A stretch of 64,000 nt of DNA from a virus (IMGVR_UViG_3300044816_000066:2155-66154); one strand, 5' to 3'; counted from the first letter of the stretch, positions 1 to 8,293 are shown. The notes: generated by a model not told the origin, from the sequence alone. Program-made: numbers and translations.

Positions 1-2
1 GA

Positions 3-224
3 TACAGCACCGTTCTGGATTTCAAAACCGGGATGATGGGCGCGGTTCGTTACCAACTGGCGGCTTATGCCCATGGGGTTGCGTGCGGACAGCGTGCCGC
101 CGTGAAGCTCAACCGTGACGGCTCTTACGCGATGAAGTGGTTTCTTCCCGAGACGCGGCGGCATGATTTTGCCGTGTTCCAGTCAGCTCTTACCGTTTTC
201 AATGCAAAGAAGGAGAAGCAATAA
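3..224 (+). CDS. PD-(D/E)XK exonuclease, RecB/Cas4-like (5' truncated)
   Basis: Frame 3 from the window start reads YSTVLDFKTG...YQLAAY (DxK and QxxxY motifs); lies upstream of the recombinase. Confidence 0.75.
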   Translation, partial: YSTVLDFKTGMMGAVRYQLAAYAHGVACGQRAAVKLNRDGSYAMKWFLPETRRHDFAVFQSALTVFNAKKEKQ

Positions 225-940
225 TGGCAGCCCTATCGCTACCAAACGAACTCGAAACGCGAGCGCTCTCACTGACGGAGCAGGCGCAAGTACTAACGGT
301 CCGATCTCAGCCGGACTTCGAGAGGGCGGGAAAGTTCATCACGGAAGTTATCAAGCCGTTGATCAAAGAAGCCAGCGAGATTTTCGATCCGATCATCGCC
401 AAGGCTCACGAAGCCCACAAAGAGGCTATCACTCAAAAGAAGAAGATTGTCGAGCCGCTGGAGTTGGCCGAACGGACCATCAAGGGTGAAATCTCCCGCT
501 ACTGCACCGAGCAGGAGCGCGTCGCACGGGAAGCGCGGCTTGCTGCGGAGCGAGAACAGCAGAGACTACTTGACGAACAGATCGAGCGCGAAGTCGAAGC
601 GGCGGAGGAAATGGCCAAGGCGTTCGGTGACGCTCCGGAGCAAGTGGAGGCCGAAGTCAAGGCCATCATCGAACAGCCGCGCGTTTACCCTCCGACTCCC
701 ATGCCGGCCGTTCGACTGATGCCGGTGAAGGGCGTCTCGACGGTAGACGTTTACAGCGCCGAAGTGGTGAACATCCGCGAGTTGTGTCGGGCTGTTGCCG
801 ACGGGCGCGCAGGGGCAAATCTAGTTCTTCCGAATCAGCCCGCATTGAACGGACTAGCACGGTCACTGAAGGAAGGCCTTAGCGTGCCCGGAGTGCGGTG
901 CATCAAAACGAAACAGGTAAGCGCAAGGAGCGCTCGATAG
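224..940 (+). CDS. Coiled-coil early protein, Gp157/Gam-like
   Basis: Long charged helix, C-terminal VPGVR motif, position between nuclease and annealase. Confidence 0.55.
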   Translation: MAALSLPNELETRALSLTEQAQVLTVRSQPDFERAGKFITEVIKPLIKEASEIFDPIIAKAHEAHKEAITQKKKIVEPLELAERTIKGEISRYCTEQERVAREARLAAEREQQRLLDEQIEREVEAAEEMAKAFGDAPEQVEAEVKAIIEQPRVYPPTPMPAVRLMPVKGVSTVDVYSAEVVNIRELCRAVADGRAGANLVLPNQPALNGLARSLKEGLSVPGVRCIKTKQVSARSAR

Positions 941-942
941 AC

Positions 943-1839
943 ATGGCATCAGGAACGGCAGTAACCGAAACGAACGCGGTCGCGACGGTCCCGCAACCTT
1001 CCACGATTTACCACTCGCCCGACGCGGAGCGCTTCGCGATGGAGCAGCGCATGGCACGGGTATTCGTCACCAGCGGATTGTTTGGCGACATCAAGGGACA
1101 AAGTGCGGAGCAGTCAATCGCCCAGGCGTACGTCAAGATTGCGCTCGGCAATTCGATGGGATTCTCACCAGCGGAATCCATGCAGGGGATCGACCTGATC
1201 CAGGGCCGCCCGGCGATCAGCGCTCAGCTTCGAGCAGCGCGCATGCAGCGGGCCGGGTTCTCGTGGGCGCCCACGGCCACGGATAAGGGTTGCTGGCTGG
1301 CAATGTTCTACCAGGGCAAGCCGATCATGATTCCGCGTATCAATCCGCAGACCGGCGAGATCGTTCGGGCATCCGACGGTAGCGTAGCGCTGGAGCAGGC
1401 GATTGTCAGCTATACGGAGATCGACGCAAGGGCGGCGGGGTTAGCGGGCAAGGACAACTACAAGAAAGATCCTAGTTCGATGTACTTCGCCAGGGCGGTA
1501 ACGCGGGCGCAGCGGCGCTTCGCTCCCGGAGTGCTGAGCGGCGACATCCTCTCTCGCGAGGAAGCTTTTGATGTTCCGGTCGATGGTTACGAGGTCATCG
1601 CCGAACCTCGATCCAAGTACGAGACGTTGCCAGCGAAGACGGAGGTGGAAGCCGAAGCACTGCAACCCATCACGGATGGTCAGTGCAAGCGATTCTACGC
1701 CATCGCGAGTGAATCCGGATGGCAGACCAGCGAGACAGACAAGCTCCTGGCCGCCAACGGCTGGACATCTGCAAAGCAGATCACGCGCGACAAGTACGAC
1801 GCCATCATCGAAGCCTTGCAGGGCGGAAAAGATTCGTAG
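943..1839 (+). CDS. RecT-like single-strand annealing protein
   Basis: VKIALGNSMGFSPAESMQGIDLIQGRP and PSSMYFARAV motifs; ATG 943 follows AGGAG. Confidence 0.7.
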   Translation: MASGTAVTETNAVATVPQPSTIYHSPDAERFAMEQRMARVFVTSGLFGDIKGQSAEQSIAQAYVKIALGNSMGFSPAESMQGIDLIQGRPAISAQLRAARMQRAGFSWAPTATDKGCWLAMFYQGKPIMIPRINPQTGEIVRASDGSVALEQAIVSYTEIDARAAGLAGKDNYKKDPSSMYFARAVTRAQRRFAPGVLSGDILSREEAFDVPVDGYEVIAEPRSKYETLPAKTEVEAEALQPITDGQCKRFYAIASESGWQTSETDKLLAANGWTSAKQITRDKYDAIIEALQGGKDS

Positions 1840-1867
1840 TTGAATCTAGCACATAAAGGAGGAACGC

Positions 1868-2022
1868 GGAACCAGTGAATTGACCGAGCGCGGCCTGTCA
1901 GGGCGATCTGACAGCGCCGCAGGATCATCGACATGCCAGCAAGGCATCGAGCTGGCGGTACCTAAGCTGGATTCGGACTTGTCGATGGTCCTGCAGCGCG
2001 ACCTTAGCGCGAGAACGGTTCC
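1868..2022 (+). ncRNA. Candidate structured RNA (element A)
   Basis: Closing GGAACC/GGTTCC; hairpin 1895-1914; 15-bp stem 1919-1933/1980-1994 with inner hairpin 1935-1956; hairpin 1997-2011. Confidence 0.55.
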
Positions 2023-2045
2023 ATGTAGTGAAAGGACTAATCAAA

Positions 2046-2225
2046 ATGAAAACATTCAAGATCTTACTTCGCGGGCAAAGCACGGTAACGGTGAGCGCCG
2101 CGTCTTTCTCCCTCCAACTCTTTTTCAATAGCCGTTGGTACGTATTCGCTGACGGCGGGAACATCGAAGTAGCCCGGTTTGCGCAAGGTGAAGTGCAGGC
2201 GATCGGCGAGTATTCCCAAGCATAG
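2046..2225 (+). CDS. Small hypothetical protein
   Basis: ATG preceded by AAAGGA. Confidence 0.6.
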   Translation: MKTFKILLRGQSTVTVSAASFSLQLFFNSRWYVFADGGNIEVARFAQGEVQAIGEYSQA

Positions 2226-2254
2226 AAGCCGGAATCAAATCTGACAGGAGACGA

Positions 2255-3325
2255 ATGCCAGTTGAGCACCATCGCAATCACCCAGACGTACATCATCCCT
2301 GGTCGGGCTGGTCTGAAGATCAGACGCTCCACGTGGCGACGGCATACTCCAACCCATTCCGGTGGAGGATGCGCCGCGAATTGGCGAACGATTTCCGCCG
2401 GCATATGGGCCACTCCGCAAACGTCGATCTCCACTTCGGAGAACTGGCTTACGCTAACCGCCCATTCGAAGTTACGGACGTAACCAAACATCCGAATGAT
2501 GTTCAGATGCGCACGCAGAATGAACTGTTTCACAAGGAAAACATTCTCAATCGCGTCATTACCCACTTTCCGGCCGATTGGAAGTACGGAGCGATCATCG
2601 ATGCCGATTTCCACTTCACGCGCCACGACTGGGCTCTGGAGGCCGTGCATCAACTCCAGCACTACGACTTCGTTCAGTTGTTCTCCAGCTACGTCGATAT
2701 CACTGGCGACGTCTACGGACAAAAGGACTTACCGATCCGGGCTAACACGGGCTTCTTTTTCAATTACATCAACAACGGATACAAGGTCAGCCCGCAGTAC
2801 CACAACACGCACATCAAGTGCGGCAAGGGCAAATACGAGGATTCGGTATTCATGCGCGGCGTGGGCGCCACCGGTGGAGCATTCGCGTTCAGGCGCTCCG
2901 CATTCGATGCTGTCGGCGGCCTGCTGGATCGCTGCATCCTTGGGCACGCAGACTGGTACATGGCGTTCGGCCTGGTGAACGTGGAGCCACCGGACATTCA
3001 TTCCCAGAAGTATCACCCGGACTATAAGCACTACATCCGCACCTGGATCGAGCGCGCCAAGGTGCTGCAAAAGAACATTGGCTACGTGGATGGAATGGCC
3101 GTCCACAACTTCCACGGATCCAAGACGCGCCGGGCTTATTCAAGTCGCGATGTGATTCTGGCGAATAACGAGTACTCTCCTTACGTTGACGTGCATCAGG
3201 ATTACCAAGGGATCTGGCAACTGAATCCCAACAAGCCAAAGTTGCGGGATGACATTCGGCAGTACTTCATTCAGAGATCAGAGGATGACGCGAATCTGTA
3301 CTCGCCGGAAAAGACGATGGTGTGA
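2255..3325 (+). CDS. GT-A glycosyltransferase-like protein
   Basis: HKENILN...WKYGAIIDADFHF (DxD after a hydrophobic strand), GGAFAFRRSAFDAVGG, GHAD, C-terminal HNFHG. Confidence 0.65.
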   Translation: MPVEHHRNHPDVHHPWSGWSEDQTLHVATAYSNPFRWRMRRELANDFRRHMGHSANVDLHFGELAYANRPFEVTDVTKHPNDVQMRTQNELFHKENILNRVITHFPADWKYGAIIDADFHFTRHDWALEAVHQLQHYDFVQLFSSYVDITGDVYGQKDLPIRANTGFFFNYINNGYKVSPQYHNTHIKCGKGKYEDSVFMRGVGATGGAFAFRRSAFDAVGGLLDRCILGHADWYMAFGLVNVEPPDIHSQKYHPDYKHYIRTWIERAKVLQKNIGYVDGMAVHNFHGSKTRRAYSSRDVILANNEYSPYVDVHQDYQGIWQLNPNKPKLRDDIRQYFIQRSEDDANLYSPEKTMV

Positions 3326-3485
3326 GGTGGGCGGGATGATCGGGAAACCGATCGCCCTGCAAGTCCGATCGGCGCTGCCACAGAAAGGATTGGCTTCTTC
3401 CGGGGGGAGGAAATACCAATCTTGCCGATCGGACTCGCAGGGCGAGCACTTGAAGGCCGCTGGCTGGCGGTGCCCGTCTCAGCCA
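3323..3485 (+). ncRNA. Candidate structured, tRNA-like RNA (element B)
   Basis: Closing stem 3323-3332/3472-3481 followed by GCCA; 6-bp GAAA hairpin 3338-3353; 20-bp stem 3354-3373/3424-3443 (1 mismatch) with further apical stems. Confidence 0.65.
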
Positions 3486-3489
3486 TTTA

Positions 3490-3516
3490 GGGAGTTTACG
3501 GGGCTCCCGTGTTTTT
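3490..3516 (+). terminator. Intrinsic terminator-like hairpin
   Basis: GGGAGTTT-acg-GGGCTCCC followed by GTGTTTTT. Confidence 0.5.
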
Positions 3517-3528
3517 GAAAGGAACGTG

Positions 3529-3783
3529 ATGGACATAGCAATAAACGAACAAGCGCCGATCAACGTCATCGAGCATCGCATCGTCAACCGCGTTCAGAAA
3601 TGCTCCCGAGATCAGAAGTGCTTCTCGATGCAGCGATGCCTTGACGATGCCCTTCCCAAGCATGGCTTGCGGCTACAGGGCTATCGCGGGGCCGATGGTG
3701 AAACGATCTGGTCAGTCGTCTATCACGTTGCCGGGCTGGATCAGCATTGTTGGGTTTGTCCGTTTTGCTTGGGGGAATTATGA
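3529..3783 (+). CDS. Hypothetical protein (C-terminal CxxC)
   Basis: RBS AAAGGA; ATGA coupling to the next gene. Confidence 0.6.
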   Translation: MDIAINEQAPINVIEHRIVNRVQKCSRDQKCFSMQRCLDDALPKHGLRLQGYRGADGETIWSVVYHVAGLDQHCWVCPFCLGEL

Positions 3784-4376
3784 TGCAGGCCGAGATAGAC
3801 CGAATCGCGGAAAACGTTGAACGCCTGGCCACCAAGCAGGAGATCCGCGCGGCGCTGGATCGATTGGCCGCGGCGGATTTCCCTGAGCCGAAATGCACAT
3901 GCACGCAAACTGATGTTGATGCGTTCGACACCCGAACGTGTGAGTTTTGCAACCACGACAGCGCGTGGAATTGCGAGCTACGAAATGCTGTATTGGCCAT
4001 CGAGAATAATGCCGCTCGCTGGCTGGAGTTTCTGTTGAAGGAGACCGAATGCCAAGGTGGAGGGCTTGCTGTGAGCCTGACTCCAGAATACGTGACACCG
4101 AACTACATGAACGTGACAGTACGCGGCACCGGCGGATTCGACAGGACGGTTAACCATCCGGCGCACTACGGCGGCGCCGATGATCCCTACGAAGCCATCA
4201 AGGTGATCGAGGCATTGGGCCTTTGCTTCCATTTAGGTAACGCCTTTAAGTACATTGCGCGGGCTGGGAAAAAGGGCTCCGAGATAGAAGACTTAAAGAA
4301 GGCCGCATGGTATTTACAGCGGAGGATTGACCGGCTGGAGACTCTGGCTAGTGCGGATGACGGGCGGGCCAAATGA
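3780..4376 (+). CDS. DUF3310 (SaV-like) domain protein with N-terminal Cys motif
   Basis: VNHPAHY...EAIKVIE...GNAFKYIARAGKKG..EDLKKAAWYL. Confidence 0.85.
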   Translation: MMQAEIDRIAENVERLATKQEIRAALDRLAAADFPEPKCTCTQTDVDAFDTRTCEFCNHDSAWNCELRNAVLAIENNAARWLEFLLKETECQGGGLAVSLTPEYVTPNYMNVTVRGTGGFDRTVNHPAHYGGADDPYEAIKVIEALGLCFHLGNAFKYIARAGKKGSEIEDLKKAAWYLQRRIDRLETLASADDGRAK

Positions 4377-4765
4377 AGACTCTCAATGATGTCCAGGTGG
4401 GCGATGCGGAAATAATTATAGCCCTAACTCAGAAAGTCATGCAATGGAAAGTAACCAATCCCGGACCCCATCCGAGAGGGCATCTCTTTAGTTACGAGTT
4501 GAAAACACCAGAAGGGAAGACGCTTTATTGCCGAGACGGAATGGGTAGCCTTCCCGGCTCTTGCTGGAATCCGCTCGAATCGATCGCCGATGCGTGGATG
4601 ATCGTGGAACGTATGTATGAACTGGGCTGGACTTGGGAGATCTCCAGAACGGCGAATCCGAAATGCGTTTTTTATTCCGACCGAGAACCATTCGTCGCTT
4701 GTTCATTTGCCGAGTCCGCTCCGCGTGCCATCTGCCTTGCGGCATTGAAGGCGGTGGGCTTGTGA
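4373..4765 (+). CDS. Phage ABA-sandwich (BC1872-like) protein
   Basis: WNPLESIADAWMIVE...ESAPRAICLAALKA. Confidence 0.75.
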   Translation: MKTLNDVQVGDAEIIIALTQKVMQWKVTNPGPHPRGHLFSYELKTPEGKTLYCRDGMGSLPGSCWNPLESIADAWMIVERMYELGWTWEISRTANPKCVFYSDREPFVACSFAESAPRAICLAALKAVGL

Positions 4766-4902
4766 CCGAGAAGCAAGGTGAAACGATCATCTCCCAACTG
4801 ACCGGCATATCAATCATTCTGGTTTGCATGGTGCTCATTTTGGTCATTGGTCAGTTAGGGCTCAGTTCAGTGCTCTATTCGATTTTGGGGAAGATTCGAT
4901 GA
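4762..4902 (+). CDS. Small membrane protein
   Basis: GTGA-coupled; single hydrophobic span. Confidence 0.5.
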   Translation: MTEKQGETIISQLTGISIILVCMVLILVIGQLGLSSVLYSILGKIR

Positions 4903-4949
4903 CTTTGTTGGATACTTGCGCGGCGGCCAAGCTCACAAGGTAGTTCAGA

Positions 4950-5162
4950 TTGAGGAATCCATGCGCGACGGAGCGCCACTACAGCCCGAAGGAGATCGCC
5001 GAAATATGGAACTTCGACATCACAACTATCCGGCGAATCTTCAAGGACGAACTTGGAGTGATATGCCTACCGGCGACTACCACTCGCGGCAAACGCAAAT
5101 ACGAAAGCATTCGCATTCCTCAGTCGGTTTTCGACCGCGTGTATCGACGGCTGTTGAAATAG
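4950..5162 (+). CDS. Excisionase-like HTH protein
   Basis: HYSPKEIAEIWNFDITTIRRIF...SIRIPQS, directly upstream of the integrase. Confidence 0.75.
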   Translation: MRNPCATERHYSPKEIAEIWNFDITTIRRIFKDELGVICLPATTTRGKRKYESIRIPQSVFDRVYRRLLK

Positions 5163-5167
5163 TCTCC

Positions 5168-6283
5168 ATGCCCCTTTTCCGCCGACATCTCAAGAGCTGT
5201 AAGCACTCCAATAAGGGCCGGGATTACACCCGATGCAATTGCCCCATCTGGGCCGACGTCAGAATTGAAGGATTCCCGCGCGTCCTCAAGAGTACGGGCG
5301 TACGCGATTGGAATAAGGCCGAGCGGATCTATGAAGATTGGCAAGCGGGGAATATTGGTAAGTCTGCTTCCAAGATCACGATTTCCGATGCCGTGGAGCA
5401 ATACCTGATCCTCCGCAAGGACAACATTTCTCCCTCCACCATCGACAGCTATCAAGCAACGTTGCGGGCACTCGGGAGGAAGTATCCGGGCCGGACGGTC
5501 CAGTCGCTCACCTTGAATGACCTGATCCACTTTGAGAAATCCCGCAACCTTGCCGCCAGCACGGAGCGCAAGGACATTGAATGTCTGAAGATTTTCTACA
5601 AGCACGCCATCACTCACAAGTGGACCGGCGAAAACGTCGCGCTCAAAATGGAGCACCCAAAGGATTACCGGCGCCCGACGCTTCCCTTCTCTGATGCCGA
5701 AGTGTACGCACTGCTTTCGGCATGCGACCGGATCGAAGAGAGCAACAAGAAACGACAGCCGCGCACCCGACTGCTAGCGAAGGCCCGCGTTCTAGTTCTG
5801 CTCAATACCGGGCTCCGCGTCTCGGACGTGATGCAACTCAAGCGATCCCAGGTTAATTTTGAGACCGGCGACATTCTCATCCGGGTAATGAAAACCGGGA
5901 CAGATATGTACCTGTGGGTTGACTCCGATGTTATCGATACCCTGCGTGCGATTCCAGGCGATGGCGAATACTTTTTCTGGTCCGGCAAGTCCGATATCCA
6001 TGTGGCTTGTAATGTGGCGCGACTGTCGCTCTCGCGGGTTGCCAAGATTGCGAATGTTTCGGATGCTCACCCGCATCGCTTCCGTGATACATTCGCCGTC
6101 CGCCTGCTGGATTCCGGGGCGGACATGAGGACGGTGCAACTCCTCCTCGGGCATTCTTCGATCACCACAACGGAGCGGTATTATGCGCCGTTCGTTAAAA
6201 GCTCACAGCGCCGAATTACTGACGCGCTGAAGAAAATGCACGGCAAAGTGGGTGCGGTAAAAGATTCATATAAAGATACGTAA
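5168..6283 (+). CDS. int: Tyrosine integrase
   Basis: TGLRVSD, K, HRFRDTFA, LLGH...TERYY catalytic set; N-terminal RRH..C.H....C.CPIW. Confidence 0.95.
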   Translation: MPLFRRHLKSCKHSNKGRDYTRCNCPIWADVRIEGFPRVLKSTGVRDWNKAERIYEDWQAGNIGKSASKITISDAVEQYLILRKDNISPSTIDSYQATLRALGRKYPGRTVQSLTLNDLIHFEKSRNLAASTERKDIECLKIFYKHAITHKWTGENVALKMEHPKDYRRPTLPFSDAEVYALLSACDRIEESNKKRQPRTRLLAKARVLVLLNTGLRVSDVMQLKRSQVNFETGDILIRVMKTGTDMYLWVDSDVIDTLRAIPGDGEYFFWSGKSDIHVACNVARLSLSRVAKIANVSDAHPHRFRDTFAVRLLDSGADMRTVQLLLGHSSITTTERYYAPFVKSSQRRITDALKKMHGKVGAVKDSYKDT

Positions 6284-6328
6284 TGACTTGCTTTTGTATG
6301 TTAACGCGCGTAGAATGAGTTAATAGCA

Positions 6329-6352
6329 GGCGGAAGCCAGTGGGTGTCGAAC
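6329..6352 (-). other. attP core resembling the 3' end of tRNA-Sec
   Basis: Minus strand reads G-TTCGACA-CCCAC-TGGCTTCC-G-CC (T-loop, 5-nt T strand, 8-nt acceptor strand, G73, CC); 45 nt after the int stop. Confidence 0.7.
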
Positions 6353-6484
6353 TTAATCGTTTACCTCCCAACTAACTGAAACCTGCTCCAGTAAGCGGAT
6401 CGCCAATAGGCGGCAACCCGCAGAAAGGGCAAGGATGCGCTATTTGGATTCACGGCTAGATACGTGGGCGCGTCCGTCTGACGT

Positions 6485-7300
6485 TTGAAAAACACATACG
6501 AAGTTAGGGGCGAAACGGTCGCCATTAATCTTGCGGGTGGACTGGAATGTCTGATCGACGAGAAGGCTTTGCCGCGTGTATCACGGGCTGCGGGCACTCA
6601 CTCCTGGTTCGCCAAGCTTGACACACGAGACGGGATTTATCGGGTGGTGGCGAAGCTCACCGATGGTGAGATTTTCGTCCGGCGCGTAGTCGCCGAGGCC
6701 TCAGCCGAAATGGTCGTCTCTATGAAGAATCGGGACGGGCTAGACTGTCGGGCCGCAAACCTTAAAATCTCATTCATACCGCCGCGGATTCAGGCACCAC
6801 TTATTGTTCCTCCGCAAGTCCCGGAAGGCGCTCAGCTTGTCCCGCTGAACAGGAGTTTCGCAATCGTCGATTCTGCCGATGCGGAGATGGTTCGGAAGTA
6901 CCGCTGGAAAGAGAACCAAGGGTACGCTGTCCGCTCTAACGGGCGCGCCGCAACGCTGAGTATGCACCGGCTGATAATCGGCGCGGTGGATGGTCAATAT
7001 GTTGACCACATCAACGGCAATCCGCTGGACAATCGCCGATCCAATCTCCGCGCCTGCACGAATGCCGAGAACTCTTGGAACGCCAAAAAACAGAAGCGAT
7101 CGAAGTCGCCACTGAAGGGCATAACGCTCAATAAATCCACCGGAAAGTTTCGCGCCCAGATCATGATTAATTACAAAAAGATCAACCTGGGCGACTACCC
7201 TACGCCTGAAGAGGCTGCGCGTGTCTATGACGTTGCAGCCCGCCAACACTTCGGCGCATTCGCCCGACCGAACTTTCCCGCACCCGAGCCAGCGGCATGA
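6485..7300 (+). CDS. HNH endonuclease with AP2 domain
   Basis: SMHRLI...VDHINGNPLDNRRSNLR...N; KFRAQI....INLGDY.TPEEAARVYD. Confidence 0.9.
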   Translation: MKNTYEVRGETVAINLAGGLECLIDEKALPRVSRAAGTHSWFAKLDTRDGIYRVVAKLTDGEIFVRRVVAEASAEMVVSMKNRDGLDCRAANLKISFIPPRIQAPLIVPPQVPEGAQLVPLNRSFAIVDSADAEMVRKYRWKENQGYAVRSNGRAATLSMHRLIIGAVDGQYVDHINGNPLDNRRSNLRACTNAENSWNAKKQKRSKSPLKGITLNKSTGKFRAQIMINYKKINLGDYPTPEEAARVYDVAARQHFGAFARPNFPAPEPAA

Positions 7301-7461
7301 CCGAGCTCTACACCATAGAATTTTCCGACGGAGACGTCCTGGCCACGTATCACGAAGAATTCGCCGTATTCGAAACACGCGCCGAAGCTGAGGCCAAGAA
7401 AAACCAATTCGACATCGCGGATGGGCCGAAAATCGTCCGCTGGGTGAAAGGGGCTCTATGA
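7297..7461 (+). CDS. Small protein (54 aa), paralog 1; not in ORF track
   Basis: MTELYTIEFSDGDVL...VFETRAEAE...IVRWVKGAL; ATGA-coupled at both ends. Confidence 0.8.
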   Translation: MTELYTIEFSDGDVLATYHEEFAVFETRAEAEAKKNQFDIADGPKIVRWVKGAL

Positions 7462-7634
7462 CGGAACTGTTCATCGTGGAGTACGAAGACGGCGACATCC
7501 TCGGCGATGACGACGGAATCACCGTGTTTACTACCCGCGAAGACGCTGAACTTGCGATCCACAAAATCGAAGGCTGTCGCGTCGGTGGAGAACCAAGACT
7601 CGCCATCGTTCGCTACGTGAAGGAGTCTCTATGA
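7458..7634 (+). CDS. Small protein (58 aa), paralog 2; not in ORF track
   Basis: MTELFIVEYEDGDIL...VFTTREDAE...IVRYVKESL; ATGA-coupled. Confidence 0.8.
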   Translation: MTELFIVEYEDGDILGDDDGITVFTTREDAELAIHKIEGCRVGGEPRLAIVRYVKESL

Positions 7635-8293
7635 ACCCCTGCTGCCTCAAAACGGTCGAGCGCTGCGCCGGAATAGTGGAGGGCGTTAATACAAACAAAA
7701 AAATGCTTTCCGATCTCTTCAAATCCATCGCTGAAACCATCCGTGCCGAATTCCTCGAGCCCACGCCGGAACCACTTCAGCCGGGAGATATCGTTACCTC
7801 TGAAGACTGGGGAGACCGCAACGGGCTAACCATAGACACTATTCTGTACAAGGACGACCTGGCAATTAGGAAAGACGTTGCCATATTTAGGAACGGGAAC
7901 GGTAGCTATTACTTTCCTCTTTCAAGACTCACCAAGGTCACTGGCCCGCCCGAAACTCCCAAGCCCGCCATCAAGGTCGGGGACTTAGTAACCAGCCCGT
8001 ACTGGGATAAGCCGCGGATTGTGAAGCGCATCCATGTGCCGATTGGAGCTCCCGGTCAAGAGCCCAATGCCACGTTCGAAGACTTCTTTGGCACCCGTCC
8101 AGTCTCCGAACTGACCAAGGTCAGCCTCCCGGTTGATGGAGAATCCATCAAAATCGGCGATATCGTCAGGCACCCTGAATTTTACCTACCGCATGTGGTC
8201 GAGAAAATCATCCCGGCATGGTACGGCGCGTCTGCATTGCTGGATAACGGCTACTGGCGTCCGGTCTCCGAACTTACGAAGGTGCCCAAATGA
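7631..8293 (+). CDS. Protein with three SH3/KOW-like repeats
   Basis: Three units (L/I)xxGD(I/L)V...P(L/V)S(R/E)LTKV. Confidence 0.7.
   Translation: MNPCCLKTVERCAGIVEGVNTNKKMLSDLFKSIAETIRAEFLEPTPEPLQPGDIVTSEDWGDRNGLTIDTILYKDDLAIRKDVAIFRNGNGSYYFPLSRLTKVTGPPETPKPAIKVGDLVTSPYWDKPRIVKRIHVPIGAPGQEPNATFEDFFGTRPVSELTKVSLPVDGESIKIGDIVRHPEFYLPHVVEKIIPAWYGASALLDNGYWRPVSELTKVPK

Noticed and set aside
3-224. cas4 / CRISPR adaptation gene
   Set aside because: The context is a phage recombination module, and no other cas genes are present.
1995-2022. Group II intron domain V (ACGGTTC)
   Set aside because: No matching 5' AGC/CGC triad stem, no GUGYG start, no maturase.
1925-2722. Long minus-strand ORFs (also 6770-7606, 13686-14393, 57595-58269, 60927-61577)
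   Set aside because: Antisense shadows of well-supported + strand genes in GC-rich DNA, with no motifs.
3340-3390. Element B as a cobalamin riboswitch or RNase P fragment (GGGAA, GCAAGTCCG, TGCCACAGAAA words)
   Set aside because: The required pairings and other conserved boxes are absent, and the words sit in a different long stem.
4916-5167. 455-aa integrase with long N-terminal extension
   Set aside because: The extension overlaps the xis-like gene; ATG 5168 gives a typical N-terminus.
6329-6352. Complete tRNA gene
   Set aside because: Only the 3' 24 nt are present; there is no 5' half. No full canonical tRNA was noticed elsewhere.
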